Source: an uncultured virus (IMG/VR IMGVR_UViG_3300035126_001036)
Lineage: Duplodnaviria; Heunggongvirae; Uroviricota; Caudoviricetes
Direction: 5' to 3' (one strand)
Virus record (IMG/VR): IMGVR_UViG_3300035126_001036
Location: 1-64,000 of that record
Length of the DNA: 64,000 bases
How positions within the stretch are numbered: position 1 is the stretch's first letter; each line of letters opens with the position of its first letter. Below the pieces are notes generated by a model that had not been told where the DNA came from, searched no databases, and was given only the letters and a program-made list of their open reading frames with translations. The translations under genes and the position numbers were made by a program. Shown piece after piece: positions 1-9,424 of the stretch.

Positions 1-144
1 AGGGCACTACAGGAACTCAAGGTATATCTGGTATTGTTGGTTCTATTGGCCCACAAGGTATTCAAGGTATTCAGGGCACTACAGGAACTCAAGGTATATC
101 TGGTATTGTTGGTTCTATTGGCCCACAGGGTATTCAAGGTATTC
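1..144 (+). repeat. 72-bp tandem duplication encoding collagen-like repeat
   Basis: 1-72 and 73-144 are near-identical (agggcactacaggaactcaaggt...), followed by further ggtattcaa units. Confidence 0.9.
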
Positions 145-752
145 AAGGTATTCAAGGAGCGTCTGCTTTTTCAAATGCGACCGTAAATAATTTAAATGTC
201 ACGGGTATTTCTACATTAGGAATAGTCAGAATATCTTCAGGAGTTGTAACTGCCACTTCTGGTATTGTAACTTATTATGGAGATGGTTCAAATTTAACTG
301 GAATTACTGATGGTAATGTGGGTCTCGGCACCACTGGCACACCGCAGTTTGCAGGGTTGGGTCTGGGCACGGCTGCCGTAGCCGGGTGGGAGCTGACGGT
401 AGGGGGTGCCACCTGCCAGGTGCGGAATACGGTAACGGCGGCGAGCAATGTTTACTCGTTGGATGTGCAGGCTGCCAACGAGTTTGTTACTGCTGCAGCG
501 ATTGCAGCGGCAACTACGATTAACCTGTCGAATCTGACTACAATCCCGAGCGGGTATTTATGGCGCGGGGTGCTGAGTTTTCAGTATACATCCGGCACGA
601 TTTCATGGTTTACGGGAAATAGTGGTTACACGGTGAAATGGGACGGAGGTAGCGCAATGACACCAACAGAAAATGAAATAGAGACCGTGGTGATTACAGT
701 CGTTGGTGGTCAGACCACAATTGAAATTGCACCACTTAAGGGGAGGGTCTGA
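3..752 (+). CDS. 3' part of a tail fibre/virion structural protein with collagen-like (G-X-Y) repeats; 5' end lies outside the window
   Basis: Frame is open from nt 3 ([24 protein letters not shown]...) and continuous with track ORF 318..752. Contains GISTLG...[20 protein letters not shown], typical of cyanomyovirus tail proteins. Composition switches from AT-rich to GC-rich near 318. Confidence 0.75.
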   Translation, partial: GTTGTQGISGIVGSIGPQGIQGIQGTTGTQGISGIVGSIGPQGIQGIQGIQGASAFSNATVNNLNVTGISTLGIVRISSGVVTATSGIVTYYGDGSNLTGITDGNVGLGTTGTPQFAGLGLGTAAVAGWELTVGGATCQVRNTVTAASNVYSLDVQAANEFVTAAAIAAATTINLSNLTTIPSGYLWRGVLSFQYTSGTISWFTGNSGYTVKWDGGSAMTPTENEIETVVITVVGGQTTIEIAPLKGRV

Positions 753-754
753 TC

Positions 755-1792
755 ATGCTGAGACGTAGTGCGTTGCTGGCAGCAACGAATAGTGGTGGAC
801 CGCCGGGGTTTGGGGTCAAGTACACGAATCCTGCAACTCTGCCTACGGGCACCGGCTTCGGTGTTGCATTTTCCCCTGCTGGTGATACTATTGCAGTGGC
901 TCATTTCATCTCCCTATTTATCACCGCCTATCCCTGGTCAGCATCTGGCTTCGGCACAAAGTACACGAATCCTGCAACGCTGCCTACGGGCGCTGGCTGG
1001 GACGTTGCATTTTCTCCGGCTGGTGATGCTATTGCAGTGGCGCATAACAGCTCTCCATTTATCACCGCCTATCCCTGGTCAGCATCTGGCTTCGGCACGA
1101 AGTACACCAATCCCGCGACGCTGCCTACGAGCACCGGCTTCGGCGTTGCATTTTCTCCGGCTGGTGATACTATTGCAGTGGCTCATGGCATCTCTCCATT
1201 TATCACCGCCTATCCCTGGTCAGCATCTGGCTTCGGTACGAAGTACACGAATCCTGCAACTCTGCCTACGGGCGACGGCCTCGGCGTTGCATTTTCTCCG
1301 GCTGGTGATACTATTGCAGTGGCTCTTAACAGCTCCCCATTTATTACCGCTTATCCCTGGTCAGCATCTGGCTTCGGCACAAAGTACACGAATCCTGCAA
1401 CTCTGCCTACGGGCACTGGCTGGGGCGTTGCATTTTCCCCTGCTGGTGATGCTATTGCAGTGGCTCATGATAGCTCCCCATTTATTACCGTCTATCCCTG
1501 GTCAGCATCTGGCTTCGGTACAAAGTACACCAATCCCGCGACGCTGCCTACGAGCACCGGCTTCGGTGTTGCATTTTCCCCTGCTGGTGATGCTATTGCA
1601 GTGGCTCATGGCAGCTCTCCATTTATCACCGCCTATCCCTGGTCAGCATCTGGCTTCGGCACGAAGTACACCAATCCCGCGACGCTGCCTACAGGTGACG
1701 GCGTTGGCGTTGCATTTTCTCCGGCTGGTGATACTATTGCAGTGGCTCATGGCAGCTCTCCATTTATTACCGCCTATCCCTGGAACTCCTAA
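755..1792 (+). CDS. 7-bladed beta-propeller (WD40/YVTN-like) repeat protein, probable receptor-binding/tail-associated
   Basis: 17-aa leader plus seven 47-aa repeats (last one 46 aa) of GFGTKYTNPATLPTGxGxGVAFSPAGDxIAVAHxxSPFITAYPWSAS. Directly downstream of the tail fibre gene. Confidence 0.75.
   Translation: MLRRSALLAATNSGGPPGFGVKYTNPATLPTGTGFGVAFSPAGDTIAVAHFISLFITAYPWSASGFGTKYTNPATLPTGAGWDVAFSPAGDAIAVAHNSSPFITAYPWSASGFGTKYTNPATLPTSTGFGVAFSPAGDTIAVAHGISPFITAYPWSASGFGTKYTNPATLPTGDGLGVAFSPAGDTIAVALNSSPFITAYPWSASGFGTKYTNPATLPTGTGWGVAFSPAGDAIAVAHDSSPFITVYPWSASGFGTKYTNPATLPTSTGFGVAFSPAGDAIAVAHGSSPFITAYPWSASGFGTKYTNPATLPTGDGVGVAFSPAGDTIAVAHGSSPFITAYPWNS
806..1789 (+). repeat. Seven 141-bp tandem repeats
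   Basis: Units start at 806, 947, 1088, 1229, 1370, 1511 and 1652; DNA is near-identical. Confidence 0.95.
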
Positions 1793-2058
1793 TGAACAAG
1801 CTCTCCATTCTAACCGCCGCCCTTGAAGGCCGCGATCACGAACTGCTCTCCTATCAAATCAACATCGACAACTACCGCCTGGCCATCGCCAAAATCAACG
1901 CCGACCACGCCGATAACGATGATTTGCTTTCATTCCGTGATGATCTGCAGGCTCGCCTTGACGAAGAACTCCACCAGCAGCTTCGCGCTCGCATCATCCG
2001 CGATGTGATCGCGGAGCAAATTGCCGAGCTGTCCACCCAGGAGGAACTCATCTCATGA
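1792..2058 (+). CDS. hypothetical protein (GC-rich tail cassette)
   Basis: 88 aa, overlaps both neighbours, GC-rich codon usage. Confidence 0.7.
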   Translation: MNKLSILTAALEGRDHELLSYQINIDNYRLAIAKINADHADNDDLLSFRDDLQARLDEELHQQLRARIIRDVIAEQIAELSTQEELIS

Positions 2059-2624
2059 ACTACGTCCACATCGCTGCAGACGGTCAGCCCGAGTACCCTT
2101 ACAACCTCTGGCAGCTCCGCAAAGCACACCCCAACATCTCATTCCCCACTGAACCCACCCCGGAAGACCTGGCGCCCTTCGACGTCTTTCCGGTCACCAT
2201 CAACCCTCAGCCCGATGGTTACGACCACCGCCTGCAGATCGTTGAGCAGATCCCGCCAACCATCACCGCTGATGGCTGGGTGATCAATTGGGCACTGCGC
2301 GACACCACCCCAGAGGAACAGGCCAGCTACGACGCTGCCCACACTCCCGAACCCCAGTGGATGGGTTTCGGTATCGAGCTGGCGGTTAACCCCGCCATCA
2401 CCGAACTGTACGACAGCATCCCCACCGCACTGGCCAATGGCCTGAGCATCGGCCTGTCTGAAGCCAGCAAGGGCGACACCCGCTTATTCATCGGTTTGTG
2501 GCAGCGAGTTTTAGCCACTGGTGGGGTTTCTCCCGAGCTACTGGGAGAAATCGGCGCTCTGGCCCATCAGTTCAACCTGCCGACCAGTTTCGTTGCTCAG
2601 ATGATGCCACCGAACAATGAATAA
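2055..2624 (+). CDS. putative tail fibre assembly/chaperone-like protein
   Basis: N-terminal YPYNLWQLRKAHPNISFP motif of the kind seen in tail-assembly proteins; position after the fibre and propeller genes. Function inferred. Confidence 0.5.
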   Translation: MNYVHIAADGQPEYPYNLWQLRKAHPNISFPTEPTPEDLAPFDVFPVTINPQPDGYDHRLQIVEQIPPTITADGWVINWALRDTTPEEQASYDAAHTPEPQWMGFGIELAVNPAITELYDSIPTALANGLSIGLSEASKGDTRLFIGLWQRVLATGGVSPELLGEIGALAHQFNLPTSFVAQMMPPNNE

Positions 2625-2662
2625 CCGCAGTGATCCGAAAAAATCTATCGGTTTACTAAACT

Positions 2663-2670
2663 TATAAATA
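2663..2670 (+). promoter_or_regulatory. T4-type late promoter TATAAATA
   Basis: Exact T4 late consensus about 20 nt upstream of ATG 2692. Confidence 0.7.
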
Positions 2671-2691
2671 AACAAAACTTATAATGTCCTC

Positions 2692-3672
2692 ATGAATTTC
2701 GTTAAATATGCATTGGAGAATGGTGGAACAATTAAACCTCTACTTATAAACCCAGAAGACCTTTCGGGACCATCAATCACAAATCCTTCTGTCTTCATTT
2801 ATCAGAACAGAATATTAGTCAATCTTCGTAATGTAAATTATACATTATATCACGCAGAACTCAATCGGTTTGAGCATATGTGGGGTCCATTATCCTACAT
2901 TCATCCAGAAAATGATATGCACCTGAGAACCACAAATTACATTGCAGAACTAGATGACAATATAGATACGGTTCACTATTCAAAAATAGATACTTCAGAC
3001 TTTGATACCTATCAACCACAGTGGGATTTTGTGGGCCTTGAAGATGTTCGGTTAGTAGAATGGAATGATAAACTCTATGGTATTGGTGTTCGCAGAGACT
3101 TAGACGACAAAGGAACCGGAAGAATGGAAATTAGTGAATTTCAGATTTCTGATTATTCGGTCAAAGAAGTTTTTCGTTATCGTATTCCTGGACCCTCCCC
3201 AGATAAAGAATACTGTATGAAAAACTGTACTCCAATTCTAGATAAACCTTTTCATTTATTAAAGTGGTCTAATCCCACTGCACTAATGAAATTTGATATT
3301 ACTGGAAAGGAAACAGAAGTCTTTCAAACTGACCCAAATCCTACTCTACAAACTGACCTAAGAGGTGGTTCTCAGGTAATTCCTTATAAAAACGGATACT
3401 TATCACTTCTTCACGAGACACATCTTTATAATTCAGAACAGGGAAGAAAAAACGCGACTTATCGCCATCGGTTTGTAATTTGGGATAAGGAATTTAAACT
3501 TCAAAAAGTATCAAAATTATTTTCGTTTATGAATATAAAAATTGAGTTTTGTTGTGGTCTTGTAGAATATAAAAATGATTACTTGATTACTTTTGGTGCT
3601 CAAGATAATGCTGCTTATATTTTAAAAGTTTCTAAATCATTTGTGGAGGATTTTATTCATGAACAAACTTGA
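2692..3672 (+). CDS. predicted glycosidase/phosphorylase-like five-bladed propeller (GH130/GH43 clan-like)
   Basis: Motifs NPSVF, GLEDVRL, KNCTP, LRGGSQ, YRHRF, IEFCCGL, ITFGAQD. Confidence 0.6.
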   Translation: MNFVKYALENGGTIKPLLINPEDLSGPSITNPSVFIYQNRILVNLRNVNYTLYHAELNRFEHMWGPLSYIHPENDMHLRTTNYIAELDDNIDTVHYSKIDTSDFDTYQPQWDFVGLEDVRLVEWNDKLYGIGVRRDLDDKGTGRMEISEFQISDYSVKEVFRYRIPGPSPDKEYCMKNCTPILDKPFHLLKWSNPTALMKFDITGKETEVFQTDPNPTLQTDLRGGSQVIPYKNGYLSLLHETHLYNSEQGRKNATYRHRFVIWDKEFKLQKVSKLFSFMNIKIEFCCGLVEYKNDYLITFGAQDNAAYILKVSKSFVEDFIHEQT

Positions 3673-5551
3673 AGGACTTCCAACTATTCATTACATTAGT
3701 TTAGAAGAAAGCCTAGACAGAAGAACTAATTTAGAAAATTGGTTTCAAAAATATAATATAACAAACTATGTTCCTCATTTATTCAAAAGATTTGAAAATT
3801 ATAATCATAATTTAATCGGAACAAATGTGCATCTTTTGGCGGAACATTCAAAAGGTCCGATTACTTCTCATTTATGTTTACTCAGGGAATTATACGAGAC
3901 TTATGATGATGAATATTTTTTGATTGTTGAAGACGATTTGTCTTTAGAAACTGTTGAACACTGGAACTTTACCTGGAAGCAATTCTATCAAAATCTTCCT
4001 AAAGATTGGAATGGTATTCAATTAACTATTGTAAGAGAATATAATGTTAAAGCGTATTCTTTTGAAGAAAGAAGAGATAAAGACTGGTGTGTTGCTGGGT
4101 ATTTAATAAAAAGAAACTATGCAAAATATCTCTTAGACTTATATTATTTTGATACTGATTTTAATCTAAACACTAGTTTTATTCCTGTAGTTGAGGACGT
4201 ATTATTTTTTCATACTAATCCAAACATATATTGTTTTCCTTTATTTGTTGAGGATTTTTATAATGCAAAATCAACTTACAGAAATCCAGAACTGGTAGAT
4301 GATTGTCATCATAAATCTTATCGTAATGTTTTAAATTGGTGGGAAAATAACGGTAAAAATTTAACTATTAATCAAATAATGAATACACAACTTAATCACA
4401 TTTATCAAGAACCTCAATTTGGAGAAAATTGGTTTTCATATCCAAATCTGTATAGGAAAATGATTGAAAAATTCCCATCAGGTTCCAAGTTTGTTGAAAT
4501 TGGTTCTTGGAAAGGAAAATCTTCCGCATTTATGGCAGTTGAAATTGCAAATTCCAATAAAAACATTGAGTTCTATTGTGTAGATACTTGGGAAGGAAGT
4601 GTAGAGCATCAAGATATAGACGATTTAAAATCTTTATATGACACATTTAACCAAAATATGATGCCTTTAAAAGGCTATCATATTCCTTTAAGAATGACTT
4701 CACTTGAAGCGGTAAAAACTTTTGAAGATAAGTCTTTAGATTTTGTTTTTATTGATGCTTCTCACGAATATGAAGACGTGAAAAAAGATATTATTTCTTG
4801 GTTGCCTAAGGTAAAACCAGGTGGAATTATTGCCGGACACGATTACTATCTTAATGGGACTGACTTTTTCCCTGGAGTAAAGCAAGCGGTTAATGAAACA
4901 CTAAAAATTGATGAATTAGAATTTTCTGAAGATTGTTGGATGTATAAAGTAAAATCTATATCTAATGAATTAATAGAATATTCATTAGATACTGAAAATG
5001 CGGAAAAAAATTATAATCTCGCAAAGTGGTATGAAAGTCAGGGTCATACTGCACCAGCACATATCTATTACTTGAGAGCAGCAGAAAGAAGTGAAGATAA
5101 TCTTTTGGCATACTCCGCATTAATTCGTGGGTCATTCTGCTATGGGGCACAAAAATCAAGAGATTCTAGTGAAAAAGTATTACTAGAAAATGCTCTTGTG
5201 TTGCTACCCAAAAGACCCGAAGCATATTATTTTCTTTCGTTGATATATGAAAGAAAACAAGAATGGCAACATTCTTACATTTATGCAACACTAGGTCTAA
5301 ATTGCTATGAAAATAACGATGAATGCATAAACATTAATATTCCAGAATATTCCGGGAAACATTTGCTTATTTTTCAAAAGGCAATTTCTTCTTGGTGGTG
5401 GGGAAAAGGAGATGAAAGTAGAGGACTTTTAGAATTATTATGCGATAATTATTGGAATGTTTTAGATGTGAAACATAAATCTTTAGTCGAAGAAAACGCA
5501 AAAAAAGTTGGAGCAAAATTTGAAAAAAGACTGCATTTCAACTTTCAGTAA
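3659..5551 (+). CDS. multidomain glycosyltransferase family 25-like + class I SAM methyltransferase (Methyltransf_24-like) + TPR protein
   Basis: N-term YISLEESLDRR...SHL...IVEDD (GT25-like); central VEIGSWKGKS...FIDASHEYEDV...GGIIAGHDY; C-terminal TPR-like helices (PKRPEAYYFLS). Start taken at ATG 3659. Confidence 0.75.
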   Translation: MNKLEGLPTIHYISLEESLDRRTNLENWFQKYNITNYVPHLFKRFENYNHNLIGTNVHLLAEHSKGPITSHLCLLRELYETYDDEYFLIVEDDLSLETVEHWNFTWKQFYQNLPKDWNGIQLTIVREYNVKAYSFEERRDKDWCVAGYLIKRNYAKYLLDLYYFDTDFNLNTSFIPVVEDVLFFHTNPNIYCFPLFVEDFYNAKSTYRNPELVDDCHHKSYRNVLNWWENNGKNLTINQIMNTQLNHIYQEPQFGENWFSYPNLYRKMIEKFPSGSKFVEIGSWKGKSSAFMAVEIANSNKNIEFYCVDTWEGSVEHQDIDDLKSLYDTFNQNMMPLKGYHIPLRMTSLEAVKTFEDKSLDFVFIDASHEYEDVKKDIISWLPKVKPGGIIAGHDYYLNGTDFFPGVKQAVNETLKIDELEFSEDCWMYKVKSISNELIEYSLDTENAEKNYNLAKWYESQGHTAPAHIYYLRAAERSEDNLLAYSALIRGSFCYGAQKSRDSSEKVLLENALVLLPKRPEAYYFLSLIYERKQEWQHSYIYATLGLNCYENNDECININIPEYSGKHLLIFQKAISSWWWGKGDESRGLLELLCDNYWNVLDVKHKSLVEENAKKVGAKFEKRLHFNFQ

Positions 5552-5733
5552 ATCAAAATAATTCGTATTATGCAAATTCTACTTCTTTAAATTTTGTTCC
5601 AAGGACGGACGGAAGCCCAATTAAACAAAATTGGTTAAGAAGAATTATATACTGGCCTAAACGTTTACCAAATGAACAACTCCAGGCATTAACCAGGTGG
5701 ACACTTTATAAATCGTCCACTAACTTAACATAA
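5524..5733 (+). pseudogene. start-less relic of a tail/LamG-type protein C-terminus
   Basis: Frame reads ...NWLRRIIYWPKRLPNEQLQALT, resembling tail-protein C-termini. In-frame TGA at 5521 and no start codon. Confidence 0.45.
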
Positions 5734-5754
5734 AGTCCAATAATCGTCTATTAT
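5697..5754 (+). promoter_or_regulatory. palindromic-box promoter (box + -10)
   Basis: GTGGACA-N10-CGTCCAC then TATTAT 28 nt later. Confidence 0.7.
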
Positions 5755-5777
5755 TCTGCTATTCACCAAATTTTGTA

Positions 5778-7010
5778 ATGACCTCTATTATTCTTCGTCC
5801 TCATCAGGCGACGGCTCTTTCTTCTATGGGAGAAAACGATCTTGGTAAAATTATTCTTCCGACTGGTGCAGGTAAAAGTATTGTTTTTATCAAAAACACC
5901 ATAGAGCAATTTAAATCTGATATTCCCCAGACTGTTTGCGTTGTTGCCCCAAGGATTCTCCTCGCGGTTCAACTTTCTGCTGATTACGAAAAGCACGTTA
6001 ATAATGCGAAATATATGCATGTGCATTCTGGTAGTCGGCTAAGAAACTACCGCACTACCAATATAAAAGATATTCAAGAGTGGCATAATATCCATAAAGA
6101 TGATCATAAACTTATTTTTACTTCTTATAATTCCCTGAAGAAAATCACCGAGTCAAATATTAAGGTGAACACCTACAATTTTGATGAATGTCACAATTCT
6201 ACTAAGAAGTCCTTCTTTCCACACATTGAAGATGCAGTAAGGGAAGCAGACAAGAAGTACTTTTTTACTGCCACTCCTAAGAACTCTGCAATTCCAACAA
6301 AAAAACCCGGAATGAATATTGCCGAGGTTTATGGTCATGATATTTGTAAGATTCCTATGACCGAGATGGTATATGGTGGTTATGTTTTGCCTCCATTGGT
6401 GGTTAAGAAGGAAGTGAATATTGAAGAAAGTATGGATGAAATGAATAATAATCTGATTCTAAAAACCTTGGACGAGGATACTCCCAAGAAGGTTCTTATT
6501 TCTGCGAAATCAACAAAATCAATTATTTCTCTTCTTACTGAGACCGATTTTGTCTCTCAGATGAAGGACAGAGATTATAGTATTATGCATATAACTGCGG
6601 CTCACGGGGCATATATTGATGGTAAAGAGGTAAAGCGAGATGTGTTTTTTAGAACTTTGGATGAGTGGGGAAATGACGATTCTAAGAAGTTTGTTCTTCT
6701 TAACTACTCGATTCTTTCTGAAGGGATCAATGTCAATTCGTTGGATGCCGTGATCTTTATGAGAAATATGGATGCAATTGCCATGTTGCAAACCATTGGA
6801 CGTGTGATCCGTCTTCATAAAGAAGATGCAGATCACATTGCTTCTGGTGAATTGCGGGTCGGGGATTATAAAAATTACAAGAAGCCTTATGGTATGGTAG
6901 TACTTCCTCACGGTGATTCCAAATCGAAATCAATTGCTTCCGATATTGAAAATTTAATTTATCGGTCATTTGTTGCAGGCGAAGTAGTTTCTCAGGAAAT
7001 TGTAAAGTAG
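5778..7010 (+). CDS. superfamily 2 DEAD/DEAH helicase (ResIII-like)
   Basis: LRPHQ Q-motif, PTGAGKS, DECH, TAT, LSEGIN, QTIGRVIR. Confidence 0.9.
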   Translation: MTSIILRPHQATALSSMGENDLGKIILPTGAGKSIVFIKNTIEQFKSDIPQTVCVVAPRILLAVQLSADYEKHVNNAKYMHVHSGSRLRNYRTTNIKDIQEWHNIHKDDHKLIFTSYNSLKKITESNIKVNTYNFDECHNSTKKSFFPHIEDAVREADKKYFFTATPKNSAIPTKKPGMNIAEVYGHDICKIPMTEMVYGGYVLPPLVVKKEVNIEESMDEMNNNLILKTLDEDTPKKVLISAKSTKSIISLLTETDFVSQMKDRDYSIMHITAAHGAYIDGKEVKRDVFFRTLDEWGNDDSKKFVLLNYSILSEGINVNSLDAVIFMRNMDAIAMLQTIGRVIRLHKEDADHIASGELRVGDYKNYKKPYGMVVLPHGDSKSKSIASDIENLIYRSFVAGEVVSQEIVK

Positions 7011-7065
7011 ACACTTTTTAAACTGTCTACTTGTTAGACCAATTTCCTTCTTTATGGGGTATTCT
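7007..7065 (+). promoter_or_regulatory. palindromic-box promoter
   Basis: GTAGACA-CTTTTTAAAC-TGTCTAC (perfect arms, contains the helicase stop TAG); TATTCT 29 nt later. Confidence 0.75.
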
Positions 7066-7105
7066 TGGTTTGTCCTGTAAATGTTCACTACCGTAAATTC
7101 CAATT

Positions 7106-8431
7106 ATGTTCAAAATTTCTGAAAAAGCCAACCCTAATTATCTTGCGGAGATCGTTGTATTAAATAATCTGCGACCACACCCAAACGCAGATAGATTGCA
7201 AATCGCCACAATTCAAGGAAATAGTGTGATTGTTTCTCTTGATGCCAAGGAAGGGGATGTTTATGTTTATTTCCCATTAGAGTGCGCCATAAATAAAGAA
7301 TTTCTTTCTTGGAGTAATTCGTTTTCCGATAAGACACTTAATAACGACAAAGAAGTGGCTGGATTCTTTAATACGAAAGGTCGTGTGAGGGCAGTTAAAC
7401 TCCGTGGAATCCCATCACAAGGTTATGCTCTTCCGGCCCAAAAATTTCTTGATTGGCTAGAAGAAAAGACTGGAAAATCCATTTCTCTTAAAGAAGAATG
7501 GATCGGAAAGGAGTTTGATTCATATGATGATATTCTGATCTGTGAGAAATATGTAAGTCCTCTAGTCCTTAAAAATCAGAATAAAGAGAAAAAGAATCAA
7601 AAGAAAGTTGTTCGTGAGCCAAAAGTGGTGGACGGACAATTCCGCTTCCATCCTGATACTCTTCAACTGAAGAAATCTATTCATAATATCTCTCCAAATG
7701 ATTATATTTCTATTACACGAAAACTTCATGGAACTTCCTGGGTGGCAAGTCGCCTTCTTTGTAATAAAAAACTGACTCGATTTGAAAAAATCCTGAAGCG
7801 TTTTGGTATCAAAATTCAAGATACTCATTACGATCTTCTTTGGGCCTCTCGTAGAGTTCTAAAGAACGGTTTTCTAGAAATCGGGAATAAAGATCATTTC
7901 TATTCTTATGATCTCTGGGAAGAAATCGCCAAATCAGTCGAATATGCCATTCAAGATTCCATTACTCTTTATGGTGAAGCAGTGGGGTACACGAAAACCG
8001 GGGCGTACATTCAAACCGGATATGATTATGGCTGCCCCGCCGGGCAGTTTGCAACTTATGTCTACCGAATTACAACAACCAATCATTCTGGGCAGGTTTA
8101 TGAATTTTCTCATAGGCAAGTCAAGGACTATTGCGAAAAATATGGTCTGAATATGGTTCCAGAGATTTATTATGGAAAAGCAAAGGACTTATATCCCGAA
8201 CTTTCCGTGAATGATCATTGGCATCAAAACTTCCTTGATCGTCTTATTGGAGATTATCTTGAAAAAGACTGTGAACTGTGCAAATCTAAGAAAGTACCAG
8301 ATGAAGGTGTCTGTCTAAGAAAGGATATTTTTGATTCTGAAATTTATAAACTAAAATCCTTCAAATTCCTAGAATGGGAAACTAAGGAATTGGACAACGA
8401 AAACTTTGTAGATTTGGAGTCAGAAAATTGA
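7106..8431 (+). CDS. RNA ligase with N-terminal OB/tRNA-binding-like domain (Rnl2/DRB0094-like)
   Basis: HPNADRL N-terminal motif; nucleotidyltransferase motifs KLHGTS, YGE, EGVCLR, KLKSFKFL. Confidence 0.85.
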   Translation: MFKISEKANPNYLAEIVVLNNLRPHPNADRLQIATIQGNSVIVSLDAKEGDVYVYFPLECAINKEFLSWSNSFSDKTLNNDKEVAGFFNTKGRVRAVKLRGIPSQGYALPAQKFLDWLEEKTGKSISLKEEWIGKEFDSYDDILICEKYVSPLVLKNQNKEKKNQKKVVREPKVVDGQFRFHPDTLQLKKSIHNISPNDYISITRKLHGTSWVASRLLCNKKLTRFEKILKRFGIKIQDTHYDLLWASRRVLKNGFLEIGNKDHFYSYDLWEEIAKSVEYAIQDSITLYGEAVGYTKTGAYIQTGYDYGCPAGQFATYVYRITTTNHSGQVYEFSHRQVKDYCEKYGLNMVPEIYYGKAKDLYPELSVNDHWHQNFLDRLIGDYLEKDCELCKSKKVPDEGVCLRKDIFDSEIYKLKSFKFLEWETKELDNENFVDLESEN

Positions 8432-8952
8432 AAATCCGAAACCGGGCTATTCTTCTCTGTGGAGTGCCGACTTCAGGCAAATCTTCCTGGGTGGCACAAA
8501 ACAGTGACGGTTATATGGTCATTTCATCGGACAATATCATCGAAAATTATGCCAAAAATGTTGGCTCTACATATAATGAGGTATTCGATGATTATATCGA
8601 AACTGCAATTGAATTGATGCTAGGTCAATTGCGGCATTTTGTTCACCAAGGACAAAATATTATTGTTGATCAGACGCATCTGACTCCAAAGGTACGAAAG
8701 CGGAAACTCAAAATGATTCCGGATCATTATGAGAAGATTGCTGTTTATTTTGAAATTTCTAAAGAAGAAATGTTCCAAAGAAATCATAATAAAGATCGAA
8801 CCAAGACTATTCCAGATTTTGTTTTAGAATCTATGCATGGTTCTTATATTCGGCCCACTATTGATGAGGGATTCTTGACCGTCTATAGCGGCGAAGAATT
8901 TTCTCTTGTGCCAGCCGAAAAACTGTCACAACCGCAGGCCATTTCTGTTTAA
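8428..8952 (+). CDS. polynucleotide kinase-like P-loop kinase (AAA_33)
   Basis: GVPTSGKSSW Walker A, ISSD, IVDQTHL; coupled to the RNA ligase. Confidence 0.85.
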   Translation: MKIRNRAILLCGVPTSGKSSWVAQNSDGYMVISSDNIIENYAKNVGSTYNEVFDDYIETAIELMLGQLRHFVHQGQNIIVDQTHLTPKVRKRKLKMIPDHYEKIAVYFEISKEEMFQRNHNKDRTKTIPDFVLESMHGSYIRPTIDEGFLTVYSGEEFSLVPAEKLSQPQAISV

Positions 8953-8998
8953 GGCGTGCTATTATTAACCTGTCCAACAAACAAAGAGGATTTTAAAA

Positions 8999-9346
8999 AT
9001 GCAACAAACTTATGATCGGTCTTACAATTTTGATTCTAAGGACCCAAATGTGACCGTGATGGCCCGTGATTCTAGTGGTCGATGGTCACAAACCACTCTT
9101 GGCGATGTCCGAGTTTTTTCGGGATTCACTCATTTTTATTTTGTTGATGATCTTGAGGCCGATGTTCCTGAAGAGGAAGAAGTCGAGCCCACCGCCGCTG
9201 ACCGCGCCCGTGAGGGGGTTAATGAGATGATCGGGTGGATCAATATGTGGGCGGTTAAGATGCCTGCAGTTGACGCAAAACTCAACGAGTTCCGCGACCA
9301 GATTTTCGCCGCAATTGACGAACTGGAATCCGAAAACGACTGGTGA
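8999..9346 (+). CDS. hypothetical protein in a single-gene promoter-bounded cassette
   Basis: RBS GAGGA; bracketed by palindromic boxes at 8907 and 9342. Confidence 0.75.
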   Translation: MQQTYDRSYNFDSKDPNVTVMARDSSGRWSQTTLGDVRVFSGFTHFYFVDDLEADVPEEEEVEPTAADRAREGVNEMIGWINMWAVKMPAVDAKLNEFRDQIFAAIDELESENDW

Positions 9347-9424
9347 CAATCCCTTAACTGTCACATCATAACCCAATAAAACCATAACCTCGGCTAGAAT
9401 TAAAACACTAACCGAGGTTTTTTA

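Noticed and set aside
806..1789. Possible CRISPR array
   Set aside because: Repeats are contiguous 141-bp coding units with no unique spacers; no cas genes.
768..1826. 352-aa ORF overlapping the propeller gene
   Set aside because: Alternate-frame shadow of a stop-free tandem repeat; no protein-like features.
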